Part shown: piece by piece, positions 27,758 to 34,307 of the stretch
How positions within the stretch are numbered: position 1 is the stretch's first letter
Layout of the letters: each line of letters starts with the position of its first letter
From: a virus
Taxonomy: Duplodnaviria; Caudoviricetes
IMG/VR virus record: IMGVR_UViG_3300025101_000033
Span: 1-53,020 of that record
Reading direction: 5' to 3' (one strand)
Length of the DNA stretch: 53,020 bases
Program-made: the position numbers and the translations under genes
Notes under the pieces: generated by a model
Database searches by the model: none
What the model was told of the DNA's origin: nothing
Seen by the model: the letters and a program-made list of their open reading frames with translations, nothing else

Positions 27758-27997
27758 TTATTCTCCAAAATCTTCGGGTCCCCATTTATCCAAGGATCCA
27801 TCATCGTTTATTAAATCAACCGGCAAGACGTTAATCTTGTACGATTTAACACCATAGTCAAACTTTACATCAATAAGACTAAGATAGAAGGCTAAATTAT
27901 CAGCCATTTTTTCTGCTTGAGACCAGTTCAATGCTGTGCCTCTGATTCTGTCTTCTTTATCGCCATCGATGCGATACCATACCAAGTATGTTTTCAT
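27758..27997 (-). CDS. Hypothetical early protein
   Basis: Start MKTYLVWY at 27997 after CGGAGGACAA; has its own promoter. Confidence 0.7.
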   Translation of the reverse strand: MKTYLVWYRIDGDKEDRIRGTALNWSQAEKMADNLAFYLSLIDVKFDYGVKSYKINVLPVDLINDDGSLDKWGPEDFGE

Positions 27998-28019
27998 TTG
28001 TCCTCCGAGTTGTATATTT

Positions 28020-28048
28020 ATTATAACATGTCTCGGAAGGTTTGTCAA
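28020..28048 (-). promoter_or_regulatory. Sigma70-type promoter
   Basis: TTGACA-17-TATAAT. Confidence 0.9.
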
Positions 28049-28073
28049 GTTAGTTTTAAACTTTTCCTGACTT

Positions 28074-28526
28074 CTATTTTGAAGCGTACATCAACAGCTG
28101 TTGAGATATTTCTTCTTTTTCTACAGATAGCATGAGGTTATCAGCTAGTTTCAAGTTCTCTTGCGTTAACAGATTTTTGGGATGGTCATTATTTTCGGAA
28201 TTCAATTCGATTTCACCAAAAGCAATTCTAAATCTCTTACCAGATGCCTGACGTCGACGTTTCTTCAGTTGTCTTTTGCTAAATGCCGTGGCTTCATATT
28301 TTAAGGTAGTCCCATTGTTAACAATATTATAACCCAAAGTGAATTGCACCTTCCCATCTTCAGTGAACCAACTACGTGAGTTAAAGGTCTTGTGTAATAC
28401 TGGTTTTTTGAAAAACTTTGCATATTTATAAGGTTTAAAACCACGTTGAGATAAGAGTCCATCCAAAGATTCTTCTTCCAATGCTTCCAAGATCATTTGT
28501 TTTAGTTTTGCTTCTGTTAGTTTCAC
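28074..28526 (-). CDS. Leader-bearing putative internal head protein
   Basis: GTG start at 28526 (RBS GGAGA): MKLTEAKLKQMILEALEEE; ACTATTTA at 28548-28555. Confidence 0.65.
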   Translation of the reverse strand: MKLTEAKLKQMILEALEEESLDGLLSQRGFKPYKYAKFFKKPVLHKTFNSRSWFTEDGKVQFTLGYNIVNNGTTLKYEATAFSKRQLKKRRRQASGKRFRIAFGEIELNSENNDHPKNLLTQENLKLADNLMLSVEKEEISQQLLMYASK

Positions 28527-28560
28527 AGACGGTCTCCGCAATCATGATAAATAGTCATCT

Positions 28561-28602
28561 AAAAACAAAAAAACCCCGAAGACGAAAATGCCAACGGGGT
28601 TC
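28561..28602 (-). terminator. Intrinsic terminator downstream of recA and the candidate sRNA
   Basis: AACCCCG...CGGGGTT followed by a long T run. Confidence 0.8.
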
Positions 28603-28700
28603 AAAAGGAGGTAGTATGAACAAAACAAATGACTGTTACTTTAAATAGTGATTTAATCAAAGATTATTCCAAACTACCTCAAAAAAAGTACCTTCAGGAT

Positions 28701-29804
28701 CTAACCTTCTTCGGTCTCTTTGTCTACTTTAAAGTTTTTACCTTCGGTTTCAAACTTCATAATAATCTCTTGATCCATTATGTCTAGAACACATGCTCTA
28801 AATTCAGGATCTTTAAGTTTATTCATCCAGTTTGCTCTTTGGAACTTAAATTCTTTGCCACTACGGTCATACATTTTGTTCCAAGCTCCAGGCTTAAACC
28901 TTTCAGAACCAGAAGCCCTCAGAGCTTCGAGCCAAGATTCTTCATCTTGAATTCCAACCTTGTCACCCCAAAGAATTTTGAATGTACATTCTCTATTCTC
29001 TGTTCCAAAACGAGATTTTGGAAGTCGGGCTCGCACCTCAGAACCAATTCTAACTCCATTTTGCTCAACGTGAGCTGCTTTTCTATTTCGCTTTGTTAAC
29101 CAAATGCGAAGAGAGTAAGCATAGATCAAAGCTTTGCCACCTGGGGTGAAATAAGGCTCTGCTAGCATTTCCCATGTATTTGTAGAAATGTTAGTTTTTA
29201 GTTGATTAATCATGAGCATTGTACAGTCATGATTTGCAATTGGACCGGCTAATTTCGCTAGCATCTTTGAAAAGATTCTTGGCTTAACTGCCATAGTTGA
29301 TTGAGGATTGAAGTCTCCTTCAAGTTCTTTTTCCGATGCAGTTGCTGCAACAGAATCCCAAATAAACAAGAATTGTACACCTGGGTGGTCTTCCATTAAT
29401 GTCTCAATGGTCTCGAGAATTTTTTCAACTGAGACTGCTTGAACATATAAGAAAGCGCCGTCAATGTCAATCCCACACTTCTGTAAGAATTCAGTATTAA
29501 TTGCACTTTCGGCATCAAAGTAGACAACGCAGTGGCCCAATTTTTGAGCCTGTGCGCCAATCTGTGCAGCCATGAAAGATTTACCAGCGCCAGATAAACC
29601 AGCAAGTTCAGTGAATCTTCCGACAGGAATACCCGCCATTTGGCCACGACAGATTATAGAGTCCAGCCAGCGTGAACCAGTTGGAATCCATTCTTTGACT
29701 TCGGAAGGATTGCTTTCGCTCAGATTATGAGCAATGTCCATGCCAACTTTTTTGTTGATGGCTTTTTTCATTGCTGAAATGTCAATCTTACCTGCCTTTG
29801 TCAT
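28701..29804 (-). CDS. recA: RecA/UvsX recombinase
   Basis: IPTGSRWLD, GRFTELAGLSGAGKS, YFDAE, WDSVAA, INQL, TPGGKAL. Confidence 0.95.
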   Translation of the reverse strand: MTKAGKIDISAMKKAINKKVGMDIAHNLSESNPSEVKEWIPTGSRWLDSIICRGQMAGIPVGRFTELAGLSGAGKSFMAAQIGAQAQKLGHCVVYFDAESAINTEFLQKCGIDIDGAFLYVQAVSVEKILETIETLMEDHPGVQFLFIWDSVAATASEKELEGDFNPQSTMAVKPRIFSKMLAKLAGPIANHDCTMLMINQLKTNISTNTWEMLAEPYFTPGGKALIYAYSLRIWLTKRNRKAAHVEQNGVRIGSEVRARLPKSRFGTENRECTFKILWGDKVGIQDEESWLEALRASGSERFKPGAWNKMYDRSGKEFKFQRANWMNKLKDPEFRACVLDIMDQEIIMKFETEGKNFKVDKETEEG

Positions 29805-29939
29805 TTACTCCTCCTCGGACACTGCTGTGTCTTCAGCTTCCTCTTCGGTGGATTCTTCGACAACCTCTTCGGTTGCTGAATCTGTTTCTTCTTCTTTATC
29901 TCCGCAAGCGAAGAGAAGAGTTAATAATAATGTAGTCAT
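29805..29939 (-). CDS. Small acidic lipoprotein (44 aa, not in the ORF track)
   Basis: MTTLLLTLLFA-CGDKEEETDSATEEVVEE...; lipobox LFAC; RBS AGGAG. Confidence 0.75.
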   Translation of the reverse strand: MTTLLLTLLFACGDKEEETDSATEEVVEESTEEEAEDTAVSEEE

Positions 29940-29954
29940 AATTTCTCCTATGAT

Positions 29955-31103
29955 TTACTTGGCAACTGCTTCAGTTGCAACTTTTATAAGACCATACAAT
30001 TCAGGATCTTTTTGTATTTCTCTCCAAAGAGAGTTTTGTCTTTGGAAACGATACTGATGGTTCCAGTTTAGCCTCATTTGTTCAAAATAATAAGGAGCAA
30101 CGGAGACTTCTGGATCTTTTAGTTTGTCTTCGACATGTTTTTTCCTAGAAAGATCTTCAAGCTTCTCATCTAACTTAGAAACGTTTTTAACAAATTTTTG
30201 TTCATCATCAATGGAAAATCCGGATTGCACTGAGCTATGTGTTGCAAGTACAAAACATACTTTTCTATTTTTCGGTATAGGTGTTACGCTATTTAGGGAA
30301 GTAAGATTTTTTAGAACCTCTTGGGTGATCTGTTTAGATGTGCCACTATATGCTTCATGCCAAGTTTTTCCTATGCCATTTTGATACAATCGATTTAGAC
30401 TAGAATCTCCAACATCATTTTTGACGTCATCACAATGCAAGTAAAGCTTTGATACAAACTCCTCAGGTTTCATTGATGGGAGTGATTTTTCTCCAAAAAG
30501 AGAAATCATGAGGTTTTGATGTTGTTTGGACATTTTACGTGTCCACCCTGACATCATTGTTTGCAGCGCATTTCTTTTATGTTGATTTGTGAGGGGGGCA
30601 TTGGCATTTAGTGACAAAAAAACTTTAGACAAATCTTTCCTAGACAAGTCAGTATATGTTGTAATACATAATTGACTATTATAGAAACGTTGCTGTTCTT
30701 GATAATTCAAGTCTTTGAAAAGTTTATTTCTTACAAATCTTCGATTGCCCAAAGTATCAAGAACATAACCAGTATAGCCGTGTAAATTTTCCAAAAACAT
30801 AATAATGCATTCTTTTCTGTGTTTACCATCTAAGCTAACAAAGCGTTTACCATCGACAATCAAGTCTGAATAAAATGATTTACTCAAATCATCATTATTT
30901 TCTATTGCGTAATCTCTACAGCTTGTAACTTCTGCTACAACGATTGGAGTGGATGCAATTCCAAAAAATAAATCGTTGATAAAACCATCTCTATTTGTTC
31001 TTTTCCAGCAACCATGAGGTCTCTCAAAAGATTCATCTGTTGCTATTTTTTTAAAAACCCTATTATAAAGATCTTGTACATTGTGTACATTGTAACTGTG
31101 CAT
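29955..31103 (-). CDS. DUF262 (ParB/Srx-fold, GmrSD N-terminal-like) protein
   Basis: FERP..CW...FINDLF...PIVV, SLDGKHR (compare DGQQR), VFLSLNANAPL. Confidence 0.75.
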   Translation of the reverse strand: MHSYNVHNVQDLYNRVFKKIATDESFERPHGCWKRTNRDGFINDLFFGIASTPIVVAEVTSCRDYAIENNDDLSKSFYSDLIVDGKRFVSLDGKHRKECIIMFLENLHGYTGYVLDTLGNRRFVRNKLFKDLNYQEQQRFYNSQLCITTYTDLSRKDLSKVFLSLNANAPLTNQHKRNALQTMMSGWTRKMSKQHQNLMISLFGEKSLPSMKPEEFVSKLYLHCDDVKNDVGDSSLNRLYQNGIGKTWHEAYSGTSKQITQEVLKNLTSLNSVTPIPKNRKVCFVLATHSSVQSGFSIDDEQKFVKNVSKLDEKLEDLSRKKHVEDKLKDPEVSVAPYYFEQMRLNWNHQYRFQRQNSLWREIQKDPELYGLIKVATEAVAK

Positions 31104-31184
31104 TTTTGCACCTCGCTATTTAAATTTAAATGGGATATCCGATCCCGCTCTCGGTGATTTGCAATCGCAATGTTCACAAATCAT

Positions 31185-31231
31185 AAAAAAGGGGCCGTTT
31201 TTTTAACCAAGGGACAAACGACCAAACCCTT
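31185..31231 (-). terminator. Probable terminator after the SSB gene
   Basis: GGTCGTTT...AAACGGCC stem followed by CCTTTTTT. Confidence 0.55.
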
Positions 31232-31252
31232 ACAACACAGGAGGACCTATAA

Positions 31253-32026
31253 CTATTCTTCGCTCATAAATGCTGCGAAAGCTTGGTCAACATTGGATCC
31301 ATCTTGTTTTTTGTATCGTTGAGTCTCACTAGAAGAAGCCTCAGCAGAATTATCAGACGACAAATAATTGTTTAATAATTCTTGGACTTCTTCCGGAGAC
31401 TTGCGATCAAACAAGTTATCGATTTTAGGAACCGAGTCAAGCAACTCTTGACAATCAGCAATCGCATCGTCACAGAGGACAGAAGGACGTCTGCGAGGCT
31501 GGAGAGCTGTCTTTGGAAAAGCACCGGGACCAGAGGCAAGAGTATAAGTTAATTTTATGTCTGTACCTGTCTGAGGGTCTGTAATGTCTCCATAGTCTGG
31601 ATCTAGAACATAACCTAGTAAAGTCTCATACGCTGTTTTTCCATAAGCCCAGATTTTTACACCTTCGGACTCGGTTCCACGAACCAATACTGGAGAATAA
31701 TAACGCTTTCGAGCAAATAATTTTTTTGCTTCATTCTTAAGATTGGAATCATCACTTTCAACACCTTCTCGCCAAAGTTTTGAGGCGAAATCGCAGATGG
31801 CACACTCTGAGTTGTCATTGCGCTTGTTGCAGTAGATTCCAGGATTTTTTCCCAGATTATAGTGGAAATGGAATTCACGGAACGGATCACCGTCCGCAGT
31901 TGGGAGTATACGGATGTTTTGGTCTCCCGCTTTTGGTCTCCACATTGTGGAAGACTTCCCTGTTGGTTTTGTGCCATTTTTAGATGCATTAAGTTTGGCT
32001 CGCATCGCTTCTATGTTAAGTCCCAT
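31253..32026 (-). CDS. Single-stranded DNA-binding protein (T4 gp32-like)
   Basis: W.P...IRILP...PF...HY...C...CAIC...KIWAYGK...DITDP..G.D; acidic/aromatic tail. Confidence 0.88.
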   Translation of the reverse strand: MGLNIEAMRAKLNASKNGTKPTGKSSTMWRPKAGDQNIRILPTADGDPFREFHFHYNLGKNPGIYCNKRNDNSECAICDFASKLWREGVESDDSNLKNEAKKLFARKRYYSPVLVRGTESEGVKIWAYGKTAYETLLGYVLDPDYGDITDPQTGTDIKLTYTLASGPGAFPKTALQPRRRPSVLCDDAIADCQELLDSVPKIDNLFDRKSPEEVQELLNNYLSSDNSAEASSSETQRYKKQDGSNVDQAFAAFMSEE

Positions 32027-32123
32027 AAATTTACTCCTATGGTTTAGTTTATTTTTTTGTGTTTTATCACTAAGGTAGTCAGGCTATTTTTTCATCCCGA
32101 CCCCAATGCAATTAGTATAATGT

Positions 32124-32152
32124 ATTATAACATGAAAAGATTCACTTGTCAA
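32124..32152 (-). promoter_or_regulatory. Sigma70-type promoter upstream of the SSB gene
   Basis: TTGACA-17-TATAAT with an A-rich UP element. Confidence 0.9.
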
Positions 32153-32206
32153 GTATTTTTTTGTATTTTCACAACTAATTAGTTCATGAAAGCACCTCAT
32201 ACTAAC

Positions 32207-32235
32207 ATTATAGCAGGTTATTTGATGGTTGTCAA
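32207..32235 (-). promoter_or_regulatory. Second tandem sigma70-type promoter
   Basis: TTGACA-17-TATAAT with extended -10 TG. Confidence 0.85.
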
Positions 32236-32252
32236 GTATTTTTTTTAAAAAG

Positions 32253-32326
32253 TACACTTGACAGGATTCGAACCTGTGACCGTCCGCTTAGAAGGCGGAT
32301 GCTCTATCCAGCTGAGCTACAAGTGC
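32253..32326 (-). tRNA. tRNA-Arg(UCU), CCA not encoded
   Basis: GCACTTG/CAAGTGT acceptor stem, GCTC/GAGC D arm, TCCGC-CTTCTAA-GCGGA anticodon arm, ACAGG-TTCGAAT-CCTGT T arm. Confidence 0.97.
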
Positions 32327-32331
32327 GTACA

Positions 32332-32352
32332 GCGGTCTTTGTGGCAGACCGC
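32332..32352. other. Hairpin just upstream of the tRNA
   Basis: GCGGTCT-7nt-AGACCGC, with no T tail. Confidence 0.6.
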
Positions 32353-32369
32353 GAGCCAATTTGGTGAAC

Positions 32370-32627
32370 TTAAAAAAGATCAACTACTACATCTTTATTT
32401 GTTGACGAAATACTTCCGACTTGAGTTTTCGAATTGAATGTTCGATATGCCTGAAGATCGATGTCATAGACGGTTTCCATGCCTTCGCTTAGCTTTCGTT
32501 CTCTGAAATAGGTTGGGAACGTTCCCTTCGGAGCCTCGTTTGGTCGAATAAAATTCATTGTACGATCCTCGCCTTTTTGTGTCTTAAAAGTTCCAGTGTA
32601 TACTGTGGTATTGATTGAGTTGTTCAT
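32370..32627 (-). CDS. WYL-like/SH3-fold small protein (DUF2693-like)
   Basis: FKTQKGEDRTM...VYDIDLQAYRTF. Confidence 0.65.
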   Translation of the reverse strand: MNNSINTTVYTGTFKTQKGEDRTMNFIRPNEAPKGTFPTYFRERKLSEGMETVYDIDLQAYRTFNSKTQVGSISSTNKDVVVDLF

Positions 32628-32657
32628 AATTCCTCCGTTGGTTGATTGAACATTTAT

Positions 32658-32686
32658 ATTATAACATAGTTTTGATACCTTGTCAA
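32658..32686 (-). promoter_or_regulatory. Sigma70-type promoter
   Basis: TTGACA-17-TATAAT. Confidence 0.9.
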
Positions 32687-32734
32687 GTATTTTTTGTATT
32701 TTTAATCGAATTTTTTTCGATTATCTACACAATT

Positions 32735-32812
32735 CTAGTAATCTCCTACAAGTTTCAGCCAAAGACATGAAAATGCAAAGATAAAAAGTGTTGTACTAAC
32801 AAATGCTAGCAT
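32735..32812 (-). CDS. 25-aa hydrophobic peptide (not in the ORF track)
   Basis: MLAFVSTTLFIFAFSCLWLKLVGDY*; RBS GGGAGGA and a dedicated promoter. Confidence 0.65.
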   Translation of the reverse strand: MLAFVSTTLFIFAFSCLWLKLVGDY

Positions 32813-32839
32813 GTTTTCCTCCCTTATTGTTATGTTTAT

Positions 32840-32868
32840 ATTATAACATGTTTGAAAGGGTTTGTCAA
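32840..32868 (-). promoter_or_regulatory. Sigma70-type promoter
   Basis: TTGACA-17-TATAAT. Confidence 0.9.
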
Positions 32869-32869
32869 G

Positions 32870-33100
32870 TTATTTTCTTAACTTTTTTTGACATTCTTTT
32901 ATGTTGTCGGTTAAATGCATGATAAGATTGGAAATTTCAAAAATTTTTTCTGTAACATAAGATTCTGTTTCTATTCCTTCCATGTGATCAATTGCTAATG
33001 TTTGAAGGATTATGGATTCAGCATTCAAAAGTTCTTTTTTATTTTTTAAAAGTTTCCTAAGGGTTTTTGCCGTGCATTCAATTTTTTTTTGATTATTCAT
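32870..33100 (-). CDS. Hypothetical helical protein
   Basis: 76 aa ORF with RBS GAGG. Confidence 0.6.
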   Translation of the reverse strand: MNNQKKIECTAKTLRKLLKNKKELLNAESIILQTLAIDHMEGIETESYVTEKIFEISNLIMHLTDNIKECQKKLRK

Positions 33101-33114
33101 AAAGACCTCTGTAA

Positions 33115-33915
33115 CTACTGTATAAAGTGTGTATAGTGCATTGAATAGTAGTGGTTGTCGCCAGAAGACTTCCAGATGGCATAAGAAGTATCTCTATCTT
33201 TTGATTTGTTAAGCCTAACAATTTCTTGACATTGTGGTATAATAGTTTCATCATTCTGTAAATCCTCCTCTTCTATGTTTATATAATAACATGTTTCGGC
33301 AACGTTGTCAAGTGAAAAAAACATTTTTTCTTCTTGACCTAGTTTAGCCATCCCAATTGTCGAAATCTTAGAGATTTCTTTTTTTTCATGTATCTTCCCA
33401 AACTCAGGCTCAACATGTTTGCAATACATTATGTTCTGAAAGGTGTTGTAGATAAAGTAATTTATTTTTTCATAATATTTAAGAGTTGTACCAGAACCTA
33501 CGTGATCCAACAATGTTTTGTTATCCAAGATTAGCATTTCATGTATCATGCCTGAACGGGTATACTCCTGTAGTACCCCGAAGTGGACTTTGTGCCTTTT
33601 TCTTTCTATCTCGGATGAAAATTCAAGATCAGGCACAATGTAGACGACCGTTGTTTTAAAGCCGCTGAGAGCCTCTAGAACGCGCAAAGAAGAGCCGGCA
33701 ACCTTACCAGACCCACATACAAACAGAATGGCTTCAGAGTAAGATTTGAGGCCTCTGGTGCTGAGTTTTATTGGTTCTTGATCATAATCTTCTACTGAAT
33801 TCTTGGATTCTAAACCTTCGCCCTCATCAAGTACAATAATTTTATAATTTTTTGAATGAGGCTTAAATAGATTGACAATATTTTTTCCTGCTTGTCCGAG
33901 TCCTACTAAAATCAT
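33115..33915 (-). CDS. Divergent tubulin/FtsZ-family (PhuZ/TubZ-like) protein
   Basis: LVGLGQAGKNI (T1 loop), degenerate signature loop CGSGKVAGSS, VYIVP, LILDN, YEKIN. Confidence 0.75.
   Translation of the reverse strand: MILVGLGQAGKNIVNLFKPHSKNYKIIVLDEGEGLESKNSVEDYDQEPIKLSTRGLKSYSEAILFVCGSGKVAGSSLRVLEALSGFKTTVVYIVPDLEFSSEIERKRHKVHFGVLQEYTRSGMIHEMLILDNKTLLDHVGSGTTLKYYEKINYFIYNTFQNIMYCKHVEPEFGKIHEKKEISKISTIGMAKLGQEEKMFFSLDNVAETCYYINIEEEDLQNDETIIPQCQEIVRLNKSKDRDTSYAIWKSSGDNHYYSMHYTHFIQ
33283..33311 (-). promoter_or_regulatory. Sigma70-type promoter inside the tubulin-like CDS
   Basis: CTTGACA-17-TATTAT with the same CATGT extended -10 context as the intergenic promoters. Confidence 0.55.
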
Positions 33916-33916
33916 T

Positions 33917-34126
33917 TTATTCTCCTGTGGTTGTTATGTATAAAATTGGTATTGTAACTGTTTTATTAGAGGCAAAAACATAAACTATTACTGATGGGAG
34001 TGAAAAATGACTTGGAATTGGATGAAGTTGCAATACCATTGCTACATCTCCATTTTTATATCCAAACAACACTCGACGATCCCATGGACTTTTTGAAATT
34101 GTAATTAAATCACCTACTTCCATCAT
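33917..34126 (-). CDS. Small KOW/SH3-like protein
   Basis: MEVGDLITI...GDVAMVL...VYV pattern. Confidence 0.6.
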   Translation of the reverse strand: MMEVGDLITISKSPWDRRVLFGYKNGDVAMVLQLHPIPSHFSLPSVIVYVFASNKTVTIPILYITTTGE

Positions 34127-34307
34127 GGTTACCAGTTAGAATCTCAAACTCTTCAGCCCACATAGGAACTTTGACACCATTTGGCATTGCAATCCAATAA
34201 AGGTTGTATAATCCTAAATTTTCTATTTTTGTTATTATACCAACTTGGCCATCGCTATAGCCAGTTGTTTGACAATTTTTTAAAATTATCAAATCTCCTG
34301 CTACCAT
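34110..34307 (-). CDS. Small KOW/SH3-like protein
   Basis: GDLIIL...GQVGIITKI...YWI...EEFEIL. Confidence 0.6.
   Translation of the reverse strand: MVAGDLIILKNCQTTGYSDGQVGIITKIENLGLYNLYWIAMPNGVKVPMWAEEFEILTGNHDGSR

Noticed and set aside
8905-29804. Inteins or introns in dnaE, nrdJ, the helicase or recA
   Set aside because: The ORFs are continuous and of ordinary length, with no intein-like or homing-endonuclease insertion seen.
31115-31122. Plus-strand CTATTTA as an antisense late promoter (also at 46888)
   Set aside because: It is better explained as the AT-rich flank of the minus-strand RBS, and no plus-strand gene follows.
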